The notes below the pieces were generated by a model. That model was not told the DNA's origin, made no database searches, and saw only the letters and a program-made list of their open reading frames with translations. From NCBI RefSeq assembly GCF_009914755.1, contig NC_060931.1: 64,000 nucleotides of DNA; one strand, 5' to 3'. Positions within the stretch are counted from its first letter, which is position 1. Each line of letters opens with the position of its first letter. Shown here one piece after another: positions 28,480 through 58,457 of this stretch. Source of the stretch: the human T2T-CHM13v2.0 reference genome, Homo sapiens. A program made the position numbers and the translations under genes.

Positions 28480-29455
28480 TCAGGTGTAGTGGTGCATGCC
28501 TGTAGTCCCAGCTATTCAGGAGGCTGGCCCAGGAGATGGAGGTTGCAGTGAGCCAAGATTGTTCCACTGCCCTCCAACCTGGGCAACAGAGTGAGATTCT
28601 GTCAAAAAAAAAAAAAAAAAAAAAAAAGAAAGCAATTTGTGTTAATCCACTCTTTTTAAATCTGCTTTTCATAGAAAAAACTTTTTTCATATTTATTTCA
28701 TAATAGATTTACATAATTGCTAACTGAATTGCATATTTAAAATAGATATTTTTCACATATGCAGATCTGGGAAGAAATAGAATGGATTCTTTTTTTTTTT
28801 TTGAGACGGAGTCTCGCTCTGTCACCCAGGCTGGAGTGCAGTGGCGTGATCTCGGCTCTGTTGCAAGCTCCACCTCCCAGGTTCACACCATTCTCCTGCC
28901 TCAGCCTCCTGAGCAGCTGGGACTGCAGGCGCCCGCCACCACGCCTGGCTGATTTTTTTGTATCTTTTTAGTAGAGACGGGGTTTCACTGTGTTAGCCAG
29001 GCTGGTCTCGAACTCTGACCTCAGGTGATCTGCCCACCTCAACCTCCCGAAGTGCTGGGATTACAGACGTGAGCCACCAGGCCCGTAATCCCAGCACTTT
29101 GGGAGGCTGAGACAGGCAGATCACATGAGGCCAGGAGTTTGAGACCAGCCTGGCCAACATGGTGAAACCCTGTCTCTACTAAAAATTCAAAAATTAGCTG
29201 GGCGTTGTGGCACGTGCCTGTAATCCCAACTACTCGGGAGGCTGTCATGAGAATCACTTGAGCCCGGGAGGTGGAGGTTGCAGTGAGCCGAGATCGTGTT
29301 ACTGCACTCCAGCCTGGGTGACAGAGCAAGACTCTGTCTCAAAAAACAAACTGGCCGGGCACTGTGGCTCACACATGTAATCCTAGTACTTTGGGAGGCC
29401 GAGGTCAGGAGTTTGAGACCAGCTTGGCCAACATAGTGAAACCCCGTATCTACTA

Positions 29456-29614
<159 letters not shown>

Positions 29615-30150
29615 TCAAAAACAAACAAACAAACCCGCCCACCCTGCCCGCAAAAAAAAAAAAAAAAAAAAAAAAGACTGTTGTTCAGCCAGATGCTTAA
29701 TTTCCTGAATTTCAGTATTTTTGGGGAATACTTTAGGCAAACAGTAACTAACATATATACATATATCCCTAAAAGTTGTGGACATTTAAGCTTTTTCAAA
29801 ATTTCTAACCCTAGCTACAACCAGTCAACCCCCAGCACTAGCTGAAGCTGCAGTGGGAGGAGACATCCAGAGGTGGGAGATGGTGAATACCTTGGGCCCA
29901 ACTTGGGCTCCAGGGGCCTGGTTTTAGGTCAGTGGCCTCCCTGGAGATTTCGACACCCTCTGGGTTGTAGTGCTGCCTCCAGCTCGTTCTCCACTCTGAG
30001 ATGAGCTCTGGTCAGACTGGCTTTGAGTCCACTTTTATCATTACCACCTGGGGAGCCTTGGGGCAGTGATTTATGCTAAGTCTGTTTCCTTATCTATAAA
30101 AGGGGTATAGTTACAGTATTTACTTCCTCTGGTAGTGCCTAATTTTGGTA

Positions 30151-31187
<1,037 letters not shown>

Positions 31188-31512
31188 TAAAATCCAGCTG
31201 CTCTTTTTTTAATGGTGGTTTGCCTTCTTGTATGGTTTTTTTTGTTTTTGTTTTTGTTTTTGAGACAGGGTCTCATTCTTTTGCCCAGGCTGGAGTGCAG
31301 TGGTGTGATCATGACTCACTGTGCCTTGACCTCCCTGGTTCAAGCAGTCTTTCCACCTCAGCCTCCCAAGTAGCTTGGCTAATTTTTTATTTTATCTTTT
31401 GTAGAGTCAGGGTCTCCCTGTGTTGCCCATGCTGTTGTTGAATTCCCGAGTTCAAGTCCTCCCTCCTAGGCCTCTCAAAGTTTGTACTTTTTTTAAAAGG
31501 TGTTTCCATTAA

Positions 31513-31772
<260 letters not shown>

Positions 31773-33093
31773 TGATCTGCCCGCCTTGGCCTCCTAAAGT
31801 GCTGGAATTATAGGTGTGAGCCACTGTGCCCGGCCCCACATAAACATCTTTACGGCATGGTTCTGAGTCTGCCTAGTTCACTTCCTGCAGGTCTGTTGCT
31901 TGCTGCCCAGTTTTTGTATTCATTGATCTGCGGGGCAGTGACATGGTTCTCAGAATGGGGGCTCTATTTTTGCACCTGTGACTCTGGGCAGATGGCAACT
32001 TCCTTGATTTCCTGTGAGAGTGTTTGTGTCATTTATTTAGGTCAATTTCAAGGACATAAAGTCTTTTAATTTTTTTTGAGACAGAGTCTCACTGTGTTGT
32101 CCAGGCTAGAGTGCAGTGGTACAATCACAGCTCACTGAAGCCTCCATCTCCCAGGCTCAAGTGAACCTCCCACCTCAGCCTCCTAAGTAGCTGGGACTAC
32201 AGGCACATGCCACCACGCTTGACTAATATTTGATTTTTTGTAGAGACAGGGCCTCACTATGTTGCCTAGGCTGGTCTTGAACTCCTGGACACAAGTGATC
32301 CTCCCACCTTGGCCTCCTGATGTGTTGGGATTACAAAGTCTTTTCTAGTCCCATAGTCAGGGAGTCGAGCCTAGCCAGCCCCCTTTCCTCAATGGGCCTT
32401 GAGTCCTCCTCAGTCCCCACTGCACCCTCTGGCTGTGGTTCCTTAGTACGATTCACCCCGACGCTTTTTTCCTTTCTTACTCTGGTGATAATTTTGTGAT
32501 CTTTTTTTCCAGTGTGTCTCTATGCATGGAGTAAGAAAGAAACCATCCTACAATAGCACCAAATCCAGCATGGATGGGTAAGAAGACTGACCACCAGGTG
32601 TTCTGGAGTAGCCAGCTGCAATGTAGAAAGGGTGGAACAATGACCTCATAATGATGCAGCAGTGACCTTGTAGAAAAGTGGATAGGCTGGGGGCAGTGGC
32701 TCACACTTATAATCCCAGCACTTTGGGAGGCTGAGGCAGGTGGATCACTTGAGCCCAGGGGTTCGAGACCAGCCTGGCCAACGTGGTGAAACTCCATCTC
32801 TACTAAAAATACACAAATTAGCCGGGTGTGGTGGCATGTGCTTGTAGTCCCAGCTACTTGAGAGGCTGAGACACGAGAATCACTTGAACCTGGGAGGTGG
32901 AGGTTGCAGTAAGCCTAGATTGCGCCACTGCACTCCAGCCTGGGCAAGAGAGCTAGACTCCGTCTCAAAAAAAACAAAACAAACAAAACAAAAACAAAAA
33001 CAAAAACAAAACAAGGCCAGGGGTAGTGGCTCACGCCTGTAATCCCAGCACTTTGGGAGGCCGAGGTGGGTGGATCACGAGGTCCGGAGTTCA

Positions 33094-33330
<237 letters not shown>

Positions 33331-34042
33331 TCATCTCTGGACTGTACTGGAGAAAACAGGAAGTTTTGTTTTCTTTTCTTCCTGACGAAGGAAGGATGAA
33401 GGTATCAGAAGACAGGAACAAACTGGGATTTATCCCAAGAACAACTTACTTGTGAATTTTAAAGGGCTCCCATTCTCCTCTGGCAAGCGGCAATTTAGAC
33501 TATGCCACAATTCTGAGGACTTGCTCTTGGGCCAAGGCCTCAGGGCTCAGGGTCCTCTCAAAGCCTTGACCCGCCCTGGGGTTGTAACTCTCCTTGGTAT
33601 GGAAAAATGGTTCAAATGCTGTTGCTTTCAAGAGGTTCTTTTTCTTTCTCCTCAGCTGTGTTGGTGCAGGACTTTCACATGTCTTTGGAGTAGAATAAGA
33701 TGTGCCAATCCAGACTCAACCCCATCTCATCAAGATCCAGTGATCTTCGTTTTCCGATTGTCTAGCCCAAGCTCTCTTCCTCCCCAGACTCATCCTCCAC
33801 CCTGCTACTGGACTTGTCTTTGTACTCTCAAAGCAGTGTGAGGAGATTCATCAACCGGTGGTGTGGACATGTGAACAGCGTGAGGCAGAGAGTAAGCATC
33901 ACCCTACAAAACCTAACCCCCTATAGAGTGGCATTCCCTTTCAGTCAGTCTCTACTAGCTACTGATCAGAGGAGGGAATTTGCCCCTCAGCAACTTGACA
34001 TGCCACAGTTCTCATTCTCTTCTGGAATGCCTGCCTGTCTGT

Positions 34043-34177
34043 GCTCCCTCCCTCTCTCAATCTCTCCTTCCCTCCACTTCTCGTTTCTTCCCCTCTGTCT
34101 CCTCCCTCCCCTCCTTCTTCTTCCCTCCTTCTCTCCTCCACCTCCCTCCCTTTTTCTCTACTTCCCTCCCTTCCCTT
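34043..34177. repeat. Polypyrimidine/polypurine low-complexity tract
   Basis: About 135 nt almost exclusively C/T on the + strand. Confidence 0.85.
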
Positions 34178-37100
34178 AGCTGGGTGTCCCCATCTCCAAG
34201 GCTCTCACTTTCACACTCCCAGGACACTCCCAGCCACTGAGTGGAAATCTCCGCCTTTAAACTCTGAGGTGTTTATATTTGGGTACTTTCGAACACTTAA
34301 AAACATTTTTTTTCCCTTAGAACACCTTCTAAAAGAACCTTAAAATTAAAAAAAAATTTTTTTGGTGGGGAGATGAGGGTCTCACTATGTTGCCCAGGCT
34401 GGTGTTGATCTCCTGGGCTCAAGGGTTCCTCCTGCTTCAGCTTCCTAAGTAGCTAGGATTACAGGCATGAGCCACCACATCCAGCTTTTAAAAAAATCTT
34501 AATAGTTTTTACTTGAAAAAACAATCTGTGGCCAGGCACAGTGGCTCATGGCTGTAATCCCAATATTTTGGGATGCCAAGGCGGGTGGATCACCTGAGGT
34601 CAGGAGTATGAGACCAGCCTGGCCAACATGGCAAAACACTGTCTCTACTAAAAATACAAACAAAATTAGCTGGGTATGGTGGTGTGTGCCTGTAATACCA
34701 GCTACTCAAGAGGCTGAGGCAGGAGAATCGCCCAAACCTGGGAAACAGAGATTGCAGTGAGCTGGATCGCGCCACTGCTCTCCAGCCTGGGCAACAAGAG
34801 CGAAAACTCAAAAAAAAAAAAGAAAAAAATCTGTGGACAATGGGAAGGGGCCAGTACCACACATCTGGCGCCCTGTCATACAACAATATGCGGCCTTGTG
34901 CCTGGAATCCGTCTATATGCCCATGTCTCCTTCCTTCACTTAGGTTATAAGCTTCTTGAGGGTGGCAGCCAGACAGTAGCAGTTTGTGTGCAAAGCCCCT
35001 GCAGTGGCATATGGAAGACTTTCAATACATCAGGACCAGAGGATGAGCTGGAAATGAAATCACACTCACTGGTGGGAGAAAACCAAACTTGATGACAGAG
35101 GACCAGTAAAGGAAGCAGCTTGAGTATGTGTCCTCAGATGCAGACACAAGGCCTTGCCTTCCTGGATGAGACAGGCACTGACTGGAGCAGGGTTTGCCAG
35201 ACTCAAAGGGCCACATTTTAGGGACAGTCTAAAATGTGGTATATGGACAGTCTGGCAGTGGTATGTAGAATGGGTTAAAACTGGAAGACTGGGCTGGGTA
35301 TGGTGGTGCATGCCTGTAATTCCAGTACTTTGGGAGGCTGAGGCAGGAGGATTGCTTGAGCCCAGGAGTTCAAGACCAGCCTGGACAACACAATGAGACT
35401 TTGTCTCTAAAAAAACAAACAAAACTGGGTAATTAGGAGGTGACTACAAGAGCATAGGGAGCTAGTGGAAAATGAAAGGATGTGTGTAAATCTGAAGAAA
35501 AGGTCAGAACTGAAGGTCAGAATGTGTGCTCTGCAATGTGTGAATACAGTATGAATGTGCTCCAGGAAGAATATCTGAAACAGATTATCATGAGTTTCCA
35601 GAAGTATGTGGCTGTACTCAGAGTTGGGGAAGAAGATAGCAGGAAGTGGGCAGAGGCAGTAAAAGCGGAATGGGGATTGAGGAATTGATGCTCCTGATAA
35701 GTGAGAAAAAAAAGGCAGCTTGTGTGGGAGCAGGAGCAAGTTTTTGACAGGACAGGCTGTCACATAGGGTTTTGCTGCTGAACTCCACCAAGCAAAGCCT
35801 TGGAGCAGAGTTCCTCAGCTGCTGAGGTCCACACTCACACTCAGCTGTGGCAGGAGGCTATGGAGTCTACAGGCTTATAGGCAATTCCCAGAGTGTTAGT
35901 TTCCCACTGGCATTCTGGGCATGTGAGGGGCTTGTAGGGCTGGGCTGGAGACTAGATGAGCCTGCCTGTGTGCAGGAAGTGCTAAACTGAATACTGAGTG
36001 CCAGACTTGCCTGGCTCCATACTAAACAGGGAGTCACGGCTTCTGTCCATCCAGGAAATACATGTACCTCTCATATATACCTATTCCACAAACTCTTTTT
36101 GAAAGCCCAGACGATAAATAGGCACAAAGCTACCTAAGCTCAAAAGGCCACCTGGCTCTACATGTGAGACATTAACATGAGGGCTTTATAGATACTTTTC
36201 TATATGTGGCCTCAAGCAAACCAGAAGAATGTAAGTGCCATCGCATGTCCACGGGCCAGCTGCAGACCCCCTTGAGCAGACTCGTGACTTTTTGCACTGA
36301 CCTGGATTTGTGGTCAGACTGACCTGGGTTCAGATTCCTGTGTCACCAACTGGAGCCATGTAACCCTGGGCTTGGGCTAACATCTCTTTTTTTTTTTGAG
36401 ACAGAGTCTCACTCTGTCACCCAGGCTGGAGTGCAGTGGTACAATCTTGGCTTACTGCAACCTCCATCTCCCAGGTTTAAGCAATTTCTCCCACCTCAGC
36501 CTCCCGAGCAGCTGAGACTACAGGTACGTGCTACCATGCCTGGCTCATTTTTGTATTTTTTGGTAGACCTTGTTGGCCAGGCTGGTCTCAAACTCCTGAC
36601 CTCAAGTGATCCACTTGCCTCCCAAAGTGCTGGAATTACAGGCGTGAGCCACCGCGCCAGGCTGTATCTAACATCTCTGAATCTGAATTTCTTTGCTTGT
36701 AAAATGAGGCTGGTATTTATTTCCCAGATTTATTCAGGGGGTTAAATGAGCTAAATCCACATAAGGCAGGCTGGTAGGTTTTCAAAGAAATGTTTAGTGA
36801 CCTTCCCCTTCCATAGGAAAAAAACTTAAGTTTTGGAGCTAAACAGACCAGATTCTCAGCACTTTCCCATTTCAGATTATGTGACCCTGGGATGTTGAAT
36901 CATCTTCCTCTGCCTGAATTTCCTCATCTGTAAAATGAAGTATTATTGCCTTCTTGCTGTGGAGATGGAAAACTGAGAGGAGCCTGAGGCTCTTCAGCAG
37001 AGTGTGGCCTGAGAGTGGCCAGGGCTGGTTAGGCCCACCCTCTCCTCCAACACCTTCAGAGATGGGAGGACTCACTTTTTCAGTTTCTCCTTCTTCTTCT

Positions 37101-37577
37101 TTTTTTTAAAGACAGGATTTCACTCTGTTGCTCAGGCTGGAGTGCAGTTGCATGGTCATAGCTCATTGCAGCCTTGACCTCCCAGGCTCAAGCAATCCTA
37201 CTCAGCCTGCTAAGTAGCTGGGACTACAGGTGTGCACCACCACACCCAGCCCTTTCTCAGAGTTTCTAAAGCTGAAAGCCACCGTCCAGAAATATTTAGT
37301 CCATACCTCTTTTTACACAGAATATATTTAATTCCATCATATAAGCTAGGAACAATGTTAACCAACAGAAAATGTGATCACGAGCTACATACAATAGATC
37401 AAATGAAGCACACATCCATGAAAAAATCATGCCAATTAAATATACTCTGCATTTCCATTAATATTAGTATGCTATTCTTTGATTTTTTTTGCTGATAAGC
37501 AGTCAAAACATTTAAACTCAAAATTGACAAATCAACTAGCTTGCTTTTTGTCATTTGGAAGACTACCATTATTCAAA

Positions 37578-37756
37578 TTTATTATGTAATACACTCATCC
37601 AGATAATGAAACATCTGCGAAAAAAAGTGTGGGAATCACCTCATCTGTGCATAAAATGGCTATTATACATGAATGCAGACGTTTGAAGTTAGAAAGGAAT
37701 ATAACTCAAATAGCAAAAGGTCCTAATTACAGAGTTTACAAATAAGCAGTTTTATT
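37578..37756 (-). terminator. H2AZ2: Candidate polyA signals (AATAAA at 37751-37756 and 37578-37583) for the H2A.Z.2.2 long terminal exon
   Basis: TTTATT on the + strand in AT-rich, UTR-like non-Alu sequence about 3 kb beyond the EKRRCS stop. Confidence 0.55.
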
Positions 37757-39209
37757 TTCAAAAGTACATAGTAAGTCCAGACTGGGCTATTGCCAAAGAA
37801 CTAATCTTTAGTCTACTTCAACATGTTACATGGTATTCCTGACTCTACAGACTATCAGCATCTGTGGAGGTTAGCTCCTAAAGGTCCCAAAGAACAGGAA
37901 ACATGCAGGAATAAAGGACTCCTCATGAAGAGCAGGTGGGAGCGAGTGGGCAGGCCTGTATCTTCTCAGCAAAGTAAGGATTGAGTATAGAGAGCTGTTT
38001 GTCTTAACTGGGCTTCCCTGAAGAATCTGAGCCAAACTGGAAGAAACCAGCCTCATTTCCAGTGTTGAGATGTTAGCTGTACAGTGGCTGTACAACTGCA
38101 GAGTTTATTTATAGAATTAGAAATAATTTTTTAAAATTTTAAAAGGTTTTGTGTAATCATTAACCAGAGATGATATTCACAAATTCTGGTAAAAATTTGA
38201 CTCTCCAACTATCACCATATCAACAGGAAACAGGGCCATGCCACCAGGGAGGACTGTCTCAGCTGCCATTTAGGGAGTTGACCCCTTTGCTCTCTCGAGA
38301 CCAGTTCCTGAAAGGAGGGCCTGTTTTGTACAGATGTGGCCATGGAGCTCATGGGGCCCTTGTATCACTTATAAAAATACATATCTTTGGCAGGCGAAAC
38401 GTTCATTCTGATTTCACTAATTTTCATGTATCCATTTCAAAGGCCTATAACATACATAGTAATTTAGTTTTCTAGGTGCATAATTTGAATCTAGGGTGCT
38501 TACAGCTAGGAGACAAGATGAATAGAGCTAATTGTCAGGCACTCCTATTTTAACATGGCTATTTTTTTCTGTTAGTTCACATATTACCAGCAATTAGTAT
38601 ATTTTTTGAAGCTTTTGTGAAACTATGCCCTGTGATGCTCTTCCAACTCAGGGATAACAATACATATGGCTGTGTCTGAGATATACATTTTTCTGAAATG
38701 TCAAAGGTCTACTTCTCAACATTCTAATGGATTCACACATTACTTATTATTATTACTGATTCTTAACGACCTTGGTACTTCCTGCAGCAGTCTTCTAAGT
38801 GACTGGTCTGGGAGTCCCAGTTTTTATGTTCTCCATTTTGAGTTTACCCTGCCCATGTTCTCACTGAACCTCTGGTAATAACGGCTTTTAGAAATCTTGA
38901 CTGAAAAACAAACAGGGCCATGGTGCTTTCAGGTGTTGGAACTCTTTGAGCACCAGGAACTGTGCTAAGTGTCTTACATGTGTTCTCATTCAGAGATCAG
39001 AGTGAGGTAGGTACTATCATCGCCACTTTAAGGATGAAGACAGAGGCTTAAAGCAGTGAAGTCACACAGCCAGGGACTGGCCAACAAAGATCTGAACCCA
39101 GGTAGATAGGACTCCAGAACTACAATCACCCTTGAAAGAATTACAAAGCCCAACTCTCCACTGCTCTCTACTTGTAACACAAGCCATAAATCTCTACCCT
39201 CAGGGGCCT

Positions 39210-39662
39210 AAAGCCAACAAATTACCACAAACTTAGTGGCTTTAAACTAAGTTTCTGTAGGTGAGAAGTGTGGCATAGCACAGCAAATTTATATGCTCAG
39301 GGTCTCACCAGGCTAAAATCAAGGCATCAGGTAAGGCCAAGCTTCTCATCTGTGCCTCAAGGTGCTCTCTTCCAAGCTCACTGGAAGGATTCACTTCCTT
39401 CTCTTGATTTCCACATGGCCCCTCTATCTTCAAGTCAGCAATAGCACCTTGGGCCTTCCTTTGAATCTGACTCCTGCATCCTCTTCCATTTTTAAGGGTT
39501 CATGTAATTACACTGGGTTCCCCCAGGTAATCCAGGATAATATCTCTATTTTAGAAATTTTAGTTACATCTGCAAAGTCCCTTTTACCACATAATGTAAC
39601 ACATTCATAGGCATAACACTGGGCAGGGAAGGTGATGGGGACCAAAATTCTGCCTATCACCC
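39210..39662 (-). mobile_element. MLT1-type MaLR LTR remnant
   Basis: aaattaccacaaacttagtggctt...aaaatcaagg...taatccaggataat...acatctgcaaagtccctttt...attctgcctatcac. Confidence 0.75.
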
Positions 39663-40660
39663 CCTCCTGGAACCTCTCTTGTACATCTACAGCACCCAAG
39701 GCAAAATGCTGTCTCCCTTAGACACTTTTGCAGTACTCTGTCCTCTGCCAAGTGTCCAAGCAGTTATAGCAGCTGGACTGGGTCTCACTCAAAATATAAA
39801 TTAACACCATGTATTTTCACCTTAAGAAATGCTGGTTGGCTGGGCCTGGTGGTTCCTGCCAGTAATCCCAGCACTTTGGAAGGCTTAGACGGGCGGATCG
39901 CCTGAGGTCAGGAGTTTGAGACCAGTCTGGCCAACATGGTGAAACCCCACGTCTACTAAAAATACAAAAATTAGCTGGGCATGGTGGCGTGCGCCTGTAA
40001 TCCCAGCTACTTGGGAGGCTGAGGCAGGAGAATCGCTGGAACCCGGGAGGGAGGGTTGCAGTGAGCCAAGATCGTGCCATCGCACTCCAGTCTGGGTGAC
40101 AAGAATGAGACTCTATTAAGGAAAAAAAAAAAAAAAAGCTAAGTTAACTGGTAGAAGATTGTGGAAAGGCCTATTTTTACTGGGGATAGGAATGGGATGA
40201 TCTTCAACTGTTAAAACATTTCAGGTTACCCCACTCAGGACTCCCTATGAAACAAAACCCGAAAAATGAACACTAACTATAACCCTTTCACTCCCAGGTT
40301 CTCACTCTTTCCAGTGCCTGGAGATCCTCAGACTTACTAAGTCTTCACTTAGGATGGTAGTGTGGACCAACACTGCAGCAACACAGTTTATCCAAAAGGT
40401 CAAACATAAATAGAATATTTTATACATTCAGAAAATTACTCATGCAAGGAAAAGTGCTCTGAAATTACTTTAAATCAAAGCTGCTCTGAAGCAGATCAAG
40501 AATCTTGCTTAAAATTGAATTCACGTATCTGAGAAGCAAATGTCCTTGTTCAGCACATTCGGGCAGTTCCTTGGTTCAGCTCAGCACACATCCCAGTAGA
40601 ATCTTGTTCCACTAAATCAGCAAAACCTTGCCGTCACCTAATACAATGGCATCTTCTGAT

Positions 40661-40680
40661 CTAAGAACACCTTCTCTTCT
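40661..40680 (-). CDS. H2AZ2: H2AZ2 alternative last exon coding part (H2A.Z.2.2 isoform, 114 aa, C-terminus EKRRCS)
   Basis: Acceptor tatttcttgttag|AGAAGAGAAGGTGTTCTTAG; with the terminal G of exon 4 it reads GAG AAG AGA AGG TGT TCT TAG, the known H2A.Z.2.2 tail. Confidence 0.93.
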
Positions 40681-41216
40681 CTAACAAGAAATAACAGGAC
40701 AAATAGAGAATAAAAACAGCAGGCAAATAAATAAGGGCCATCTCATAGATGAGCTGATAACTGGATAAAATACAAGTAAAATGTTAACTATAGATATAGG
40801 TGGTGAGTATAAGAATTCACTGGATAACTACTGGAACTTTTTTGCATGTTTGAAAATTTTCATAATGTCAGAAGCATCGCAACAAATTCAACCATAGGCA
40901 CCAAAGCAAGTCACATTTCTCATTAAATGTTTCATAAAGAGTCAGATACTCTCCAGGCCATTTGTTACAACTCCCTATATAAATGCAATTCTTCATTCTC
41001 AAGACCTTATTTGTGTTGTTTCCCCACTGGACTCTTCCCAAATGCAAACCAGGCCCAGTTCAGGTTCTAACACCTTCTATTTAAAAAAAGAAAAAGAAAA
41101 ATCCTTCTTCTCTCTGCTTAAGTGCCATTGCATTTCACTGTGTCGTACTATCTAAAATACAGATCTGACAATTTTTTAGGTGTTATACTAGTTAGACTGG
41201 GTGTTGTTTTTAATTA

Positions 41217-41534
<318 letters not shown>

Positions 41535-41577
41535 TTAGCCAGGCATGGTGGCAGGCACCTGTAATGCCAGCTACTCA

Positions 41578-41715
<138 letters not shown>

Positions 41716-42199
41716 CTATCTTTTAGATACGTATTAAGATATTATACATGAAGTGATATGATAGCTGGAACGTGCTTTAAAATAACTCAAGGGGTTGGGT
41801 ACAAATGAAACGAGACTGATCATAACTGTGAGAGCTAAGCCCAGAGTACATGACCTAGTTGTTCTATTTCTATGTTTTTTGTTAGAAAACAAATTGAAAA
41901 TACAACCCTGGGAAGAAATTATGTAGTCAAGTAACTATACTATCAAAATGAATTAGACATTTGAAGCAATTATCTATAAAACTGTAGTAAAAATTGCCCT
42001 GAATCAAGTGATTCAGCCAAAGGAAAGTCTGTTGATTATATTGCACTCCCCCCCCCGCTTCTTTTTTTTCAAACAATCAGCTTTCTATTGCTACTTTTAC
42101 TGTAGGCCTGACTCTCAATACAGAAACTTCAAAATGGGCGCCTATTCAATCAGAATTTGAAATTTCTATTTTATCCTGCCTCGTGAATTAATGAGCACA

Positions 42200-43060
42200 A
42201 GTTCTTTATAGGATTCCAGCTAATAGATGCAGAAGGAATGACAAGATATCACTGGTTGGCAACCTCTAATGGAATCCCAGATGTGGGCAAATATCATTAA
42301 TGATGGCTAAATCCATCAGGGGAAAAGCTGATAGAGAACTTTTGTAATGAATGGAGTGGGCTGGCAGCATCCAAACCCACTATCAATCTTAATGTTACAA
42401 GATGAGAGCCATTATGTGCCATGATGTGATACAACATGGAGCATATATCACCTATGAATTATTTTTGTGAAAAAGCAAAACAGAACAACAGAAGCCCTCT
42501 AGATCTGTCAGTTTATAGAACATATAGGGGACAGAAAAGGTGTACATGATCCCATTAGGATACATTCAGTAAAATCCACTGAAGGACAATTCTATAGGAC
42601 AAACAACTTAGTTTCTTCAAAAATTAAAAACAGGAAAGTTAAATCTATAGATTATATTAACAAAATGCAAGATCTAGATCTTGCCTGGATCTTGACTCGA
42701 ATAAACCAACTGTTAAAAAAAACTTACGAGACAATCAGGAAGTTTGAATATTGACTGGTACTTGGCATCAAAAAATGTTTTAGCAGTCTTACACAATGGT
42801 ATTGTGGTTATGTTCAAAAAAGTACCCTATCTTTGGAGTTATATTTGAATGTCTCTGATCACACAGACATGAAAATACTATGCCTGTTAATGGGACTCAA
42901 ACTGATCCCTGTGGGTTGGGGCAGGGGATAGGTGGGGATGCAGGTAAACAAGACTGACCACAGGACAGCTGTTGGAGGATGGGTACACAGAGCTTCATTC
43001 TGCTATTCTTTTTGTGCATTTGTGAAAATTTCCATAATAAAATGTTTTTAAAAATGAGTT
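42200..43060 (+). mobile_element. Old L1M (L1ME/L1MC-like) 3' fragment
   Basis: Typical 3' end motifs: tttgaatattgactgg...atggtattgtggttatg...gatgggtacacagagcttcatt...gaaaatttccataataaaatgtttt. Confidence 0.6.
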
Positions 43061-43100
43061 TGGATAGCATTATACTATAAAATATTTTAAAATTTCCTTC

Positions 43101-43106
43101 TTTAAT
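43101..43106 (-). terminator. H2AZ2: Candidate distal polyA signal (ATTAAA) for the H2AZ2 exon-5 long 3' UTR
   Basis: TTTAAT on the + strand, just beyond the Alu pair and about 1.9 kb after the stop codon. Confidence 0.55.
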
Positions 43107-43162
43107 GAAGACTTGCAAGCAGAAAAATATAATTTTCTAAGGGTCAATTAACTAGTACATTA

Positions 43163-44168
<1,006 letters not shown>

Positions 44169-45017
44169 AAAATTGGGATTTTAAACCAAAAGGAGAAACC
44201 TTTGATAAACTGAACATCAATTCCAGGTAAAACTAGGCTCTGGAGTCAGCCAGATCTAGGTTTGAATCCTAGCTCTGTCATTTTCTATCTACCAGTTCAA
44301 TGTTTTTTGGCATAGCACACAATTTCTGTGACCCTTAGGCTCCACATCTATAATGTGGCAGGAACAACTTTCTTGGTCAGTAGAGCACTCTGCAAAGGGC
44401 CTGGCACATGGTAAGTGCTTGGTGTAGAATTCAAATAATTCCACTACCATTTCAGTCATAAATGCATACTTTTCTATAATCTAACATCTCTCAAATTGGG
44501 ATGTCTCATAATTGATGGCATATCATGATTTAATTGGCAGGTTTTTTCCTTAGTCGTTTGTAAAAAATGGTGCTACAGATCAATAGCATCTAAGAGTCAA
44601 TATACCATGGTATCAATCATTGTAAAGATATATTCCCAATTTCTGTTCTAAGGTTACTCTGAATAACCAATCTGAGATTTAAAATATTTAAAGTCTGAGT
44701 AAAATATTTCTAATACATCATGAACAGAACAGTTTTGAGACAAATTAATTTTGTAAAAAATGGTTTATCAATTCCATTTTTGTATAAAACACACGGGAGA
44801 AACCTAGCCAATCAACACACAACTGTCACCACATGAAAAGGTACTTTTATCAAACTTCGAGTCTAAGAACATACAAATGTTTCTTTTATCATGTCTACAA
44901 TAATTGTCTATGCTTTTCCATTTAACTGTTGTTAAAAATTCCACATATCCCCATTATTTCTTCTGTCCCAGTTACAGTACAATGACGGGGAGGAAGAGGG
45001 TTGGTTAAAGCATCCCT

Positions 45018-58457
<13,440 letters not shown>

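Noticed and set aside
33814-34343. Overlapping 86-121 aa ORFs rich in Pro/Leu/Ser/Phe
   Set aside because: They are translations of the polypyrimidine tract.
44900-45017. Possible histone 3' stem-loop after the H2AZ2 stop codon
   Set aside because: No GGYYYTTYTHARRRCC-type stem-loop is seen. The gene has introns and is polyadenylated, as expected for a replication-independent variant.
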